A DNA stretch of 53,196 bases, taken from an uncultured Bacilli bacterium (GTDB lineage: Bacteria; Bacillota_I; Bacilli_A; RF39; UBA660). The stretch is from positions 1-53,196 of the forward strand of contig CANQYB010000004.1 in the NCBI GenBank assembly GCA_947627975.1, read 5' to 3'. Below, piece after piece: positions 17,699 through 26,683 of the stretch; position 1 is the stretch's first letter, and each line of letters starts with the position of its first letter. A program made the position numbers and the translations under genes. Below the pieces are notes generated by a model. The model saw only the letters and a list, made by a program, of their open reading frames with translations. It ran no database searches and was not told where the DNA came from.

Positions 17699-17712
17699 CA
17701 AACATTTGTTTG
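17699..17712 (-). promoter_or_regulatory. Degenerate LexA (Cheo) box candidate
   Basis: CAAACATTTGTTTG compared with the Firmicute consensus CGAACnnnnGTTCG: both half-sites have G/C replaced by A/T. It lies 8 nt upstream of the recA -35. Confidence 0.35.
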
Positions 17713-17791
17713 TTAAATAATTTTACTACTAAAAAACAAATATATATATATTTAATAATAATTTTTACAATAACTTATAAACTAAATTCAA

Positions 17792-18388
17792 TTATTTGTC
17801 TTTTAAAATAAAATCTTTATTAACAATAAAATACTGACATCCAGAAATTACTGATAAAATTGTAGCAATAATTAGTAAAATATCAGCTATTCTTATATTT
17901 ATTAATTCAAAAGGTAAATTATTAAAAAATATTAAAGTTAAACCAATCATCATAGTCATAGTTTTAGCTTTACCTATAAAAGATGCAGCAACAACTTTAC
18001 CATTTTTTCCAGCTACCATTTTAATAGAATCAACAATAGTATCTCTAGTTATAATAATTACTGGAATAATAACAGAAATTAACCCATTATATGCTAAAAC
18101 TATCAATACTCCATTTACTAAAACTTTATCTGCAATTGCATCCATTACTTTTCCATAATCTGTAACTAAATTTTTACTTCTAGCTAATTTTCCATCAATA
18201 AAATCAGTCAAAGATGCAATTATAAAAACTATCCCTCCAATAATATATTTTAATGATATTGTAATTTTACCTCCTATTAAATATGTAGGAAAATCAATAC
18301 CAATTTGATCAAATGGAAAAATTAAAAAAATTAAAAGTAAAATTGAAAGAATAATTCTTCCAGTTGTAATTTTATTTGGTAAATTCAT
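17792..18388 (-). CDS. pgsA: CDP-diacylglycerol--glycerol-3-phosphate 3-phosphatidyltransferase
   Basis: 198 aa with the CDP-alcohol phosphatidyltransferase motif DFIDGKLARSKNLVTDYGKVMDAIADK and multiple TM segments. Confidence 0.92.
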   Translation of the reverse strand: MNLPNKITTGRIILSILLLIFLIFPFDQIGIDFPTYLIGGKITISLKYIIGGIVFIIASLTDFIDGKLARSKNLVTDYGKVMDAIADKVLVNGVLIVLAYNGLISVIIPVIIITRDTIVDSIKMVAGKNGKVVAASFIGKAKTMTMMIGLTLIFFNNLPFELINIRIADILLIIATILSVISGCQYFIVNKDFILKDK

Positions 18389-18870
18389 TATTTATCTCCT
18401 TCTAAGTAAGTTACGTTGCTTGCAACATTACTATTATTAACAATAATCTGCTTAACTGACCATATAAATATTAAAAATAAAATTATTGAACAAATAACAG
18501 TAAAAATAATAACTTTTTTACTTTTTCTATTACTACTTTTTGTATATGGAGATGCAATACTGTTTTCAACATTTTCATTTTTTTCTTTTTCAGCAATTGC
18601 TTTTTCAATATCCTCAACTGGTATTCGTGATGTATATTCGAATAAATATTCATTAAATTCATTAATAATACTATCTTGAGGAATTCCCAAATACTTAGCA
18701 TAATTTTTAATATATTCTTTTAAAATAAATACATCTTTAAAACATCCAATTTTTCCATCTTCAATATTTTTTAAAATTAATTCTTTTATATTCAAATCTT
18801 TTGATACTTCTTCCAAACTGACCCCGATTTTTTCACGCTCTAATCTCAGCGTGTCACCAATCTCGTTCAA
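18388..18870 (-). CDS. RodZ/YmfM-like HTH membrane protein (short form)
   Basis: TTG start 9 nt after AAGGAG. XRE-type HTH LRLEREKIGVSLEEVSKDLNIK and a single TM segment (VIIFTVICSIILFLIFIW). It sits upstream of pgsA, as ymfM does in B. subtilis. Confidence 0.65.
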   Translation of the reverse strand: MNEIGDTLRLEREKIGVSLEEVSKDLNIKELILKNIEDGKIGCFKDVFILKEYIKNYAKYLGIPQDSIINEFNEYLFEYTSRIPVEDIEKAIAEKEKNENVENSIASPYTKSSNRKSKKVIIFTVICSIILFLIFIWSVKQIIVNNSNVASNVTYLEGDK

Positions 18871-18899
18871 TTTATTTCACTCCTTTTAGTTAAAAAAAT

Positions 18900-19244
18900 A
18901 ATATCTTATAAGCCATGTTCTGTACCATTACTGGTGGCAAATATTTATCTACTAACTTAGTTAGTCCTTCGCGTTGTTTTATTCCAACTTGAAAGTTCCC
19001 CTACCAAATTTGGGTTTCTCGCTTGTGGGGTTTACCACGTTCCACTTCCCCCGTTTCCAGGATATTCGTCACTTTGGCACTTTTATATTTACTCTAACCA
19101 TTTAAGGTTATTTCAAAGCCGTTATACCTAAAAGTATACTATTAGTTATTTTTTCCTAATACACAAACACTACTATCATTTCAGACAGTGCGAGCATGGA
19201 CTTTCCTCTACTTAATAATATTAAGCAGCATTTGCCCAGATATT
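18900..19244 (-). ncRNA. rnpB: RNase P RNA, type B (Firmicute)
   Basis: The minus strand contains GAGGAAAGUCCAUGCUCGCAC, GGUAAACCCCACAAGCGAGAAACCCAAAUUUGGUAGGGGAAC and ACAGAACAUGGCUUAU. P1 pairing is AAUAUCU / AGAUAUU at the two ends. It lies immediately downstream of gpsB, as in B. subtilis. The ends are approximate. Confidence 0.93.
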
Positions 19245-19566
19245 ATTCATTTTTTCCATAAACAATTTTTTCTAATTGACTTAATCTTTTAAGAAGGTCT
19301 AAATTACTAACTGCATTAGAAGAATCATTTGTACTTTCTAAAATTTCTTTTAATTTTCTTATTTCAGTTTGTAATTTTAAATTTTCATCTCTTAATTCTT
19401 TAATAGTTTTATCTCTTAATTTTAAAATAGTATTATATTCCGTATAATCACGTATAACTAAATCTAAAAATTTATCAACTTCTTGAGGTCTATAACCTCG
19501 AGCATCTAATTTAAACTCTTTTTCCAAAATATCTTGAGGAGTTAAATAAATACGATCATTATACAT
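19243..19566 (-). CDS. gpsB: Cell-cycle/PBP-shuttling protein GpsB (DivIVA-domain)
   Basis: 107 aa with LTPQDILEKEFKLDARGYRPQEVDKFLD followed by a coiled coil. Confidence 0.85.
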   Translation of the reverse strand: MYNDRIYLTPQDILEKEFKLDARGYRPQEVDKFLDLVIRDYTEYNTILKLRDKTIKELRDENLKLQTEIRKLKEILESTNDSSNAVSNLDLLKRLSQLEKIVYGKNE

Positions 19567-19617
19567 AATACATCACCCTTCTTATATGAATTATTATAAA
19601 AAATTTAATGTTTTTTG

Positions 19618-20052
19618 TCAAGGTATCCTGTTTATATATTCCTCGATGGCTTTTTTTATGCCAATCCAAGGCAAAAGTGCACAATGTCTTCTATTTGATT
19701 GTTTATAAATTTCACTAAAAGCTATTGCTTCATCTAAACAAGAAAAATCATTTTCATTATGATTTACTAAATCGTTAAATTTATCGCAAATTATGTTTAC
19801 TTCTTCTAAAGTTTTATTTACTAATAACTTAGTCATAATAGAAGTTGAGGCAGTTGATATGGCACATGCCTCACCATAAAATTTTAAATCTTCTATTTTA
19901 TTATCTTTAAATTTTATATATAAATCTATGTTATCTATACATGATTCATTATTAGAATTTACTTTGATATATGAAGGATCTAAAACAATTTCTCTATTAA
20001 CAGGATTAGTCGCATTTTCCAATATTATTTCTCTATTTAATTCTGAATTCAT
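19618..20052 (-). CDS. sufU: Fe-S cluster assembly sulfur-transfer protein SufU
   Basis: 144 aa, IscU-like, with Cys ligand contexts NESCID, GEACAISTAS and RRHCALLPW. 1-nt overlap with sufS. Confidence 0.88.
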   Translation of the reverse strand: MNSELNREIILENATNPVNREIVLDPSYIKVNSNNESCIDNIDLYIKFKDNKIEDLKFYGEACAISTASTSIMTKLLVNKTLEEVNIICDKFNDLVNHNENDFSCLDEAIAFSEIYKQSNRRHCALLPWIGIKKAIEEYINRIP

Positions 20053-21263
20053 TATATCATCTCTTTTCGAATTTTATCTAAATCAGCAAGCAATTCAATT
20101 ACATCGTCAATTTCTTTTTTTGTATTATAAAAATATAAACTTATTCTAACGCTATTTGTATCTCCAATAGCTTGTTTTAATATTTTAGCGCAATGATTTC
20201 CAGCGCGCACACAAACATTATATTTATTTAGATAATAAGCAACATCTTGAGAAAATACCCCTTTTATATTAAAAGCTATAATGCCACTATCACTATTATA
20301 ATTTATAATATCAATATGGTTAAGTTTACTCATTTTTTCAATTAAATAATCTCTTAATTCTTTTTCATATTTATTAATATTTTCAAAACCAATGTTTAAA
20401 AGGTAATCAATTGCCTTTGAAAGGCCAATAATTCCAGCAATATTTTGAGTTCCAGCTTCTAATCTATATGGAAGTGATTTTAATTTAATCTCCATTGGAC
20501 TATCAAAAGATTCATTCATACCTCCACCTAAATTAATTGGTTCTAAATGTTCTAATAGTTCTTTTTTACCATATAAAATTCCAAGCCCAGTTGGTCCACA
20601 CATTTTGTGAGCTGCAAATACTAAAAAATCAACATCTAAATCTAATACATCAACTTTCATATGTGGTATACTTTGTGAAGCATCAACAATGACAAAAATA
20701 TTTTTTTCATGAGCTATTTTGCATATTTCTTTTATTGGTCTAATATCTCCAATTACATTAGTAATATGGGCAAGAGAAATAACTTTGGTATTAGGTGTAA
20801 TAGCTTTAATTACATTGTTAATTGTAACTTTATAATCTTTATCAAGTTCAATATTTCTAATTTGACATTTATTTAATGCACTTAACTTGAACCAAGGTAA
20901 AATATTAGAAGCATGTTCACTTTGAGTAATTAAAACTTCATCTTGACTATCCAATATATTTTTAAAAAAGCCATTGACAATATCATTTAAAGCTTCTGTT
21001 GCTCCCGATGTAAATATTATCTCCTCATTAAATCTCGCATTTATAAGTTTTTTTATCTTTTCTCTCGCATTGGAAACAGCTATATCTACTTTATAGGAAA
21101 TATCATAATCTCCCCTGTGAGCATTAGCAGAATAATTTTCATAATAATCACTCATAGCATCTATTACGCATTGAGGTTTTAAAGTAGTAGCAGCATTATC
21201 AAAATAAATTAAATCTTGTTTTAACATAGGAAAATCTTTTCTAACATCAAGCATATATATCAC
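20052..21263 (-). CDS. sufS: Cysteine desulfurase SufS (class II)
   Basis: 403 aa with PLP lysine context AAHKMCGPTGLG and the catalytic loop RAGNHCA. Confidence 0.93.
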   Translation of the reverse strand: MIYMLDVRKDFPMLKQDLIYFDNAATTLKPQCVIDAMSDYYENYSANAHRGDYDISYKVDIAVSNAREKIKKLINARFNEEIIFTSGATEALNDIVNGFFKNILDSQDEVLITQSEHASNILPWFKLSALNKCQIRNIELDKDYKVTINNVIKAITPNTKVISLAHITNVIGDIRPIKEICKIAHEKNIFVIVDASQSIPHMKVDVLDLDVDFLVFAAHKMCGPTGLGILYGKKELLEHLEPINLGGGMNESFDSPMEIKLKSLPYRLEAGTQNIAGIIGLSKAIDYLLNIGFENINKYEKELRDYLIEKMSKLNHIDIINYNSDSGIIAFNIKGVFSQDVAYYLNKYNVCVRAGNHCAKILKQAIGDTNSVRISLYFYNTKKEIDDVIELLADLDKIRKEMI

Positions 21264-21265
21264 CT

Positions 21266-21967
21266 CTATTCTTTTTCTAATAATTTTTTTATTTTATCTT
21301 TTATAAAATCATTGTTAAAATTTTTAAGAATAAATGAATTTCTAAGTAGTTTTTTTGATTCTTCTTCTTTAATTCCTTTTAAAGATAAATAAAATAATTC
21401 TGATTTAGGAATTGAAGATATAGTTGTAAAATGGTTTGCATCAACATCAAAACTATTAGCTATAATTGATGGAATAATTAAATTTTCTTCATCATTATTA
21501 GTAATTATATTAAAGTTTTCAACTAAATTATTCATATTCGTATTTTTAAAAATATCTACATATCCTAAAGCTTTTATTTTACCATTTAAAACATTAAATG
21601 ATTTAATATCAATTGTATTTTTATTATTATTTCCTAAAATATTATTATAAACATAAATTTTATAATAATTTTTTAAATAAAAAGAATTATTAAATATTAA
21701 TTTTGTATTATTATTAGAATTAATTTCTAAATTTAATTTACCTCCAACTTTATGTACATATCTATTATAAATTAAAGAACTATTATCATTCATTGTAATT
21801 TTTAAATTAATGTTTTTATATTTAGTTACTATTTCATTAATAATTACATTCCCTAATATATTTAAATTGATATTATCAGTATTTAATTGTATAATAACTT
21901 CTTCATTATCTAAAGATAAAAATTTATCTTTATCTATTACTATTTTATTCACTTTTTCATTCTCCAC
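21266..21967 (-). CDS. sufD: Short SufB/SufD-family Fe-S scaffold component (233 aa)
   Basis: It has a beta-helix-like repeat character and the family C-terminal signature ANHFTTISSIPKSELFYLSLKGIKEEESKKLLRNSF (compare H....v..id..qLFYL.sRGI.e.eA). It is about half the usual length. Confidence 0.7.
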   Translation of the reverse strand: MENEKVNKIVIDKDKFLSLDNEEVIIQLNTDNINLNILGNVIINEIVTKYKNINLKITMNDNSSLIYNRYVHKVGGKLNLEINSNNNTKLIFNNSFYLKNYYKIYVYNNILGNNNKNTIDIKSFNVLNGKIKALGYVDIFKNTNMNNLVENFNIITNNDEENLIIPSIIANSFDVDANHFTTISSIPKSELFYLSLKGIKEEESKKLLRNSFILKNFNNDFIKDKIKKLLEKE

Positions 21968-22694
21968 TTACTTTAAATGTCTCATTAAAACCTTCATTTT
22001 CTATTTTTTTAGCAAGATCTAATGAACCTGTCATAGATATTTTTTTATTTTTAATAACATGAACATAATTAGGTTTTAATGATGAAAGTAATTTCATTTG
22101 ATGAGTTATAATTAAAATAGAAGGCTTATATTCATTATAATATTTTTTTAAAGATTTAATAATAATATTTAAACTATCAATATCAAGTCCCGAATCAATT
22201 TCATCTAAAATTATAAATTTAGGTTTAAGAAGCAACAAATGAAGAATTTCATTTTTCTTTCTTTCTCCTCCTGATGCCCCAACATTTACATCTCGAGATG
22301 CAAATGATAAATCTAAATTTATATTTTTTAATATTTCATTAATTTGTTCATTAAGTTTAAATATATTTGTTTTTTCGTTTCTTGAAGCTAAAGCGCTTCT
22401 TATAAGTTCAATATTATTTACTCCTTCAATTGCCATTGGATTTTGTGATACAAGAAAAATTCCCATTAAAGCAATATTTTCAGGATGCTCATTAGTAATA
22501 TCTTTACCATCAAAAATAATTTTTCCAGTTTTGTAATATTCAGGATGATTTAAAATTGCATTACATATGGTAGATTTACCAGAGCCATTTATCCCAAGTA
22601 AAGCATGAATTTCTCCATCTTTAATAGTAAGATTAAAATTTTTTAATATACATTTATCAGAAACATTTACGCTTAAATTTTTTATTTCTAACAT
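21957..22694 (-). CDS. sufC: Fe-S cluster assembly ATPase SufC
   Basis: The start is set at MLEIKNLSV (ATG 22694, GGGTG SD); the ORF-track start 22721 is a TTG. Walker A GINGSGKST, ABC signature ASGGERKK, Walker B FIILDEIDSGLD. Confidence 0.93.
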   Translation of the reverse strand: MLEIKNLSVNVSDKCILKNFNLTIKDGEIHALLGINGSGKSTICNAILNHPEYYKTGKIIFDGKDITNEHPENIALMGIFLVSQNPMAIEGVNNIELIRSALASRNEKTNIFKLNEQINEILKNINLDLSFASRDVNVGASGGERKKNEILHLLLLKPKFIILDEIDSGLDIDSLNIIIKSLKKYYNEYKPSILIITHQMKLLSSLKPNYVHVIKNKKISMTGSLDLAKKIENEGFNETFKVSGE

Positions 22695-22711
22695 AACAAA
22701 CACCCAAAAAT

Positions 22712-22740
22712 ATTGTACCAAACCATCCTAATAATGTCTA
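22712..22740 (-). promoter_or_regulatory. suf operon promoter (extended -10)
   Basis: TAGACA (22735-22740) - 17 nt - TGG-TACAAT (22712-22717). Confidence 0.45.
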
Positions 22741-22787
22741 GAGTTCATAAAAAAAGTAGAAAAATTTTTCTTTATTATCTACTTTAT

Positions 22788-24896
22788 TTAATCTTTACTT
22801 GCTTTTATTTTCAAAACTTCATTAACATTTACGATAGAATTTGCACTTAGGGAAGTTTCTATAACTTTACCACTTCCTGTAATATCACATTTAATATTTG
22901 CTAAATTGCAAAATACTCGAGCATCATTTAGCATCCAACCATTCATATCAGGCATTATTATGTTATTATAATTTGTTTTTAAAAAAACTTTATCATTAGC
23001 AACAACTGTAATATTTTTTTTCGGATACTGAGAAATTACTTTATCTCCATCACCAATAATTATCGGTATTAACATTTTATTATATAAGTCATCTCTTGAA
23101 TCATTTACATTTTTTGAAATATAAGAATTTAATTTAATAATTTTATTTTTATCTAAAGCATTTTTTGTCTCAGTTATATTTTTATAATTAGCTATTTCTT
23201 CAACTACACTTTTAACACTATTACCCATATTAGAAACAGAACCATTTAATTGTTTTACAGAAATATATAAAATGTATTTAGGATCTTCATAAGGAAATAT
23301 TCCTGCAAAAGATCTTATATAATTATTTTCTCCTTTCATATATCCACCATATTCATTTGGAATTTCAGCTGTACCAGTTTTGCCAATTAATGTTACATTA
23401 TTAGTTTGATAAAATTTTGCTGATGTAAGTCCACTATAAACAACATCTTTCATTAAATTTTTTATTTTATCAGTTGTATCTTTAGATGCAACGGTTTTTA
23501 TTTCTTTTCTTTTCCCTTTTTTAATAACTTTTCCATTTTCATCAACTATTTTCGAAATAATATATGGTTTTAACATTACTCCATCATTTGTTAACGCTGT
23601 CATAGCTTGTATATTTTGAATTGGAGTTGTAGTTATTCCTTGACCAAATGATGCTGTTGCTATTTCGATAGGATATCTAAAATTTATTTTGCCTGTATAT
23701 TCATTGGGTAGTTCAATATTAGTCTTTTTACCAAAGCCTAATAAACTAAAATAATCATATAATTTTTGTTTACCAATTTTTTGAGATAATTTTGTTGCCG
23801 CAACATTAGAAGAATAAGCAAATCCAAGATCATATGAAATTGTTCCAAATCCCACTTCATTAAAATCAGAAATAACATTATCACCAATTTCTATTCTTCC
23901 GCTTTGAAGTGTTTCTTCCCCATTGTACAAATCATTTTCTAATGCAGCCATCCAAGTATAAGTTTTCATAGTAGAACCAGGTTCATAGGCATATTGAGTT
24001 AAAGGATTTAAATAACTTGTAACATTATTTAGAGTATTTAAATCAAAATTAGGATTAGAAGCAGTTCCTACAATTGCTCCAGTTTTAGCATCTGCAACTG
24101 TAAAAGTTGCCCAAGTATAACCTGCTTTATTTTTTAATTCTTCTAATTTATTTTCAAGTAACATTTGAATATTTGTATCAATAGTCAAATAAATATTTGA
24201 ACCATTTTGTGGTTCTTCAGTTATTTCTGGAGTATTAGGTATTTGATATCCATAGGCATCTCTTTGATATTCAATATACCCATCTTTTCCTTGTAAAACA
24301 TCATTAAATTCTTTTTCAATTCCTAATTCTCCCACTAATTTATCCTTAGAATTTTTTTTGGCATATCCAATAACATATGAAGCAAAAGATCCCATTTTGT
24401 AATATCTTTTACTACTTTTAATAAAATCAATTCCAGGTAAATTTAATTTTTCAATTTCTTCTTTTTTTAATTCAGTAATATTTCTACCACCAGGGCCAAG
24501 TTCAACTTGATAAAGTTTTTTATTTAATAACTTTAAAATTTGTTCTTCACTCATATTTAATATTGGAGATAACAATTGAGCAGTTTTTTCTTTATCAACA
24601 ACATGTTTAGGTTTATTATTATCTTTAGTTCGAGAAGATGATAAATAGGCAATTACTGTATATGAATTAATATCTTGTGCTAAAACTTCTCCATTTATAT
24701 CATAAATAGAGCCTCTATTAGCTAATAATGTAGATTTATAAGTATCTCTAGATGCAGCAAATTTTTTTAAATTTATATTTCCAGATTTATTTGTATAAGC
24801 TACATAAAAAATTTTACCAATTATCAAAGCAAATAAAAAAAGAACAATAATTACAATAATATTATAAACTCTAACCGAATTGTTCCTTTTTTTCAT
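22788..24896 (-). CDS. Class B penicillin-binding protein (PBP2B/FtsI-like) with C-terminal PASTA-like repeats
   Basis: 702 aa with an N-terminal TM segment. Motifs: SxxK (PGSTMKT), SxN (YSSN), KTG (GKTGTA). It follows ftsL in the dcw-type cluster. Confidence 0.92.
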   Translation of the reverse strand: MKKRNNSVRVYNIIVIIVLFLFALIIGKIFYVAYTNKSGNINLKKFAASRDTYKSTLLANRGSIYDINGEVLAQDINSYTVIAYLSSSRTKDNNKPKHVVDKEKTAQLLSPILNMSEEQILKLLNKKLYQVELGPGGRNITELKKEEIEKLNLPGIDFIKSSKRYYKMGSFASYVIGYAKKNSKDKLVGELGIEKEFNDVLQGKDGYIEYQRDAYGYQIPNTPEITEEPQNGSNIYLTIDTNIQMLLENKLEELKNKAGYTWATFTVADAKTGAIVGTASNPNFDLNTLNNVTSYLNPLTQYAYEPGSTMKTYTWMAALENDLYNGEETLQSGRIEIGDNVISDFNEVGFGTISYDLGFAYSSNVAATKLSQKIGKQKLYDYFSLLGFGKKTNIELPNEYTGKINFRYPIEIATASFGQGITTTPIQNIQAMTALTNDGVMLKPYIISKIVDENGKVIKKGKRKEIKTVASKDTTDKIKNLMKDVVYSGLTSAKFYQTNNVTLIGKTGTAEIPNEYGGYMKGENNYIRSFAGIFPYEDPKYILYISVKQLNGSVSNMGNSVKSVVEEIANYKNITETKNALDKNKIIKLNSYISKNVNDSRDDLYNKMLIPIIIGDGDKVISQYPKKNITVVANDKVFLKTNYNNIIMPDMNGWMLNDARVFCNLANIKCDITGSGKVIETSLSANSIVNVNEVLKIKASKD

Positions 24897-24910
24897 TTTT
24901 TCACCTACTA

Positions 24911-25207
24911 TTAATTTTCTTCTATTACCTTTATATTGTTATTATTATAAGATAATCCTAAATTTTTTGCAAGACCTTGAATTTTATCAAGTGAAGCTAA
25001 TTCATCTATTTTCATATTTAAACTTTCATTAGCATTTTTTTGATTTGTTATTTTAGTTTCTAGTCTTTTTAAAGTTATATTAGTTTTCGTTAATGTAGCT
25101 TTAGAAAATACAATCATAATTGGTGATAAAATTAATAATAATATCAAAAAGAAATATATAATTTTCTCCCCTTTTAAATATCTTACTTTTTTTTGTGTCT
25201 TTTTCAT
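24911..25207 (-). CDS. ftsL: Cell division protein FtsL
   Basis: 98 aa with a basic N-terminus, a single TM segment and a coiled coil. It lies between rsmH and the pbp gene. Confidence 0.8.
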   Translation of the reverse strand: MKKTQKKVRYLKGEKIIYFFLILLLILSPIMIVFSKATLTKTNITLKRLETKITNQKNANESLNMKIDELASLDKIQGLAKNLGLSYNNNNIKVIEEN

Positions 25208-25208
25208 A

Positions 25209-26126
25209 TTATATCCTTTCTATTATTCTTAATTTAGCACTTTTAGATCTACTATTTTCATTCATCTCACAAGCACTAGGTATAATTGGTTTCTTATTTA
25301 TTTTTTTTATTTTGGGCTTATATTCCTCAGGAATTTCTGGTAATCCTTTAACCATTTCATTTATCTCACTATATTTTTTAAAAATATTTTTTACTATTCT
25401 ATCTTCTAAAGAATGAAAAGTAATAACTGAAATTCTACCATTTTTATTTAAAAGATCAATTGCATCTGGTAAAACTTTTTCAAGAACTTTTAATTCTGAA
25501 TTAACTTCAATTCTAATTGCTTGAAATATTCTTCTTTCGGGATGTGTTTCATTAAAATACTTAAAACTAACACTTTTTTTTATTATTTCAACAAGATTTT
25601 TTGTTGTTTTAATTGGTCTATTATTAACAATATATAAAGCAATAAATTTACTTTTTTTTTCTTCACCGTATTTATAAAAAATATTAGTTAATTTTTCAAT
25701 TTCATAATTATTTACTACATCATAAGCAGTTAATGAATTATTCAAATCCATTCTCATATCTAATTTTGAATCTTTTTGAAAACTAAATCCTCTTTCTTTG
25801 TTATCTATTTGGGGAGATGAAACACCAAGATCAAATAATATACCATCAACTTTTTTTATTTTTAACTTTTCTAATTCATTTTTCATATTTACAAAATTAG
25901 AATAAATAATTTGAAAATTATTACTAATTTTAGAAAGTTTTTTTTTAGAAAACTCAATTGCTTCCTCATCTTGATCAAAACAAATTAATTTTCCATCTTT
26001 ACTTAATTTTTTTAATATTTCACTTGAATGTCCTGCATAACCAAGTGTTGCATCAATATAAATTCCATCTTTTTTTATATTTAATCCTTCTATTGCTTCA
26101 TTTAGTAATACACTTTTATGCATCAT
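25209..26126 (-). CDS. rsmH: 16S rRNA (cytosine1402-N4)-methyltransferase
   Basis: HKSVLLNEAIEGL, DATLGYAGHS, FDLGVSSPQ. The start is probably the ATG at 26126 after GGAAGTG; the ORF-track start is 26138. Confidence 0.93.
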   Translation of the reverse strand: MMHKSVLLNEAIEGLNIKKDGIYIDATLGYAGHSSEILKKLSKDGKLICFDQDEEAIEFSKKKLSKISNNFQIIYSNFVNMKNELEKLKIKKVDGILFDLGVSSPQIDNKERGFSFQKDSKLDMRMDLNNSLTAYDVVNNYEIEKLTNIFYKYGEEKKSKFIALYIVNNRPIKTTKNLVEIIKKSVSFKYFNETHPERRIFQAIRIEVNSELKVLEKVLPDAIDLLNKNGRISVITFHSLEDRIVKNIFKKYSEINEMVKGLPEIPEEYKPKIKKINKKPIIPSACEMNENSRSKSAKLRIIERI

Positions 26127-26553
26127 TTTCACTTCCAAATAAATTTTCTGCTAAATCTTCAAAATCATTCATGTTCTCATCAACAAATTTTTCGTATAAA
26201 TCTTTATCCCAAATTTCAAGTCGTTCATTAACTCCTAAAATTATTACATCTTTATTTAAAGAAGCATAATCCATATGGGGTTTTAAAATTAAAACTCTTC
26301 CTTGACGATCAAATTCACACTCAGTGGCACTAGATATAAATAATCTTGTAAATATTCTAGAATTCTTTTTAGTGAAAGAAATATTATTAAATTTGCTTAT
26401 TAATTTTTGCCATTCTTCCATTGGATAAATAAATAAACATTTTTCAAGCCCTTTTGTAATAACAAATTTTTCACCCAATTTTATTCTTAATTTAGCTGGA
26501 ATTATTAGTCTATTTTTTTCATCAATAGAATGATGATATTCACCCATAAACAT
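26116..26553 (-). CDS. mraZ: Transcriptional regulator MraZ
   Basis: The start is set at MFMGEYHHSIDEKNRLIIP, the canonical MraZ N-terminus. The second repeat is DRQGRVLI. The ORF-track extension to 26577 would run through the operator repeats. Confidence 0.92.
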   Translation of the reverse strand: MFMGEYHHSIDEKNRLIIPAKLRIKLGEKFVITKGLEKCLFIYPMEEWQKLISKFNNISFTKKNSRIFTRLFISSATECEFDRQGRVLILKPHMDYASLNKDVIILGVNERLEIWDKDLYEKFVDENMNDFEDLAENLFGSENDA

Positions 26554-26563
26554 AATTAATTCA

Positions 26564-26589
26564 CCACTTTCTCCCACTTTGCTCCACTT
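26564..26589 (-). promoter_or_regulatory. MraZ operator: three direct AAGTGG repeats at exact 10-bp spacing
   Basis: Minus strand reads tAAGTGGagcAAAGTGGgagAAAGTGGtga. The plus-strand CCACTT copies are at 26564-69, 26574-79 and 26584-89. They lie between the -10 and the mraZ ATG. Confidence 0.75.
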
Positions 26590-26597
26590 ACAATATA

Positions 26598-26626
26598 ATA
26601 TTACTTCAAAATAGGTATAAAGTCAA
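26598..26626 (-). promoter_or_regulatory. mraZ (dcw) promoter
   Basis: TTGACT (26621-26626) - 17 nt - TAATAT (26598-26603). Confidence 0.5.
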
Positions 26627-26659
26627 TAAAATATCTGTAAAAAAATATAAATTTTACAC

Positions 26660-26682
26660 AAAAAAAAAGTTATTTCTAACTT
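26660..26682 (-). terminator. Terminator after the 260-aa ORF
   Basis: AAGTTA-GAAA-TAACTT (26667-26682) followed by U8. Confidence 0.5.
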
Positions 26683-26683
26683 T

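Noticed and set aside
18483-18701. A 72-aa same-strand, alternative-frame ORF inside the rodZ-like gene.
   Set aside because: It has no SD, a Lys/Leu low-complexity composition, and is nested in an ORF with a recognisable HTH and TM architecture.
22741-22787. The hairpin after the pbp2B gene, considered as a strong terminator.
   Set aside because: It has only a 6-7 bp stem (AGTAGA/TCTACT) with a loop of about 18 nt, and an alternative zero-loop AT palindrome. It is plausible but too weak to list as a feature.
26553-26577. ORF-track N-terminal extensions of mraZ. Similar extensions occur for typA (30216-30239), rluB (11140-11190), sufC (22695-22721), gpmI (41825-41836), cca (45166-45177), dnaD (44073-44093) and the 419-aa ORF (8110-8121).
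   Set aside because: The internal ATGs are preceded by GGTGA/GGAGG-type SDs at 4-7 nt and restore the canonical family N-termini. Several extensions start at TTG or GTG and would run through operator or terminator elements or the upstream gene.
26564-26589. Short direct repeats (CCACTT x3) considered as a CRISPR-like or tandem repeat.
   Set aside because: The 6-bp boxes at 10-bp spacing immediately upstream of mraZ fit an MraZ operator. No CRISPR-sized repeats or spacers or cas genes are present anywhere in the window.
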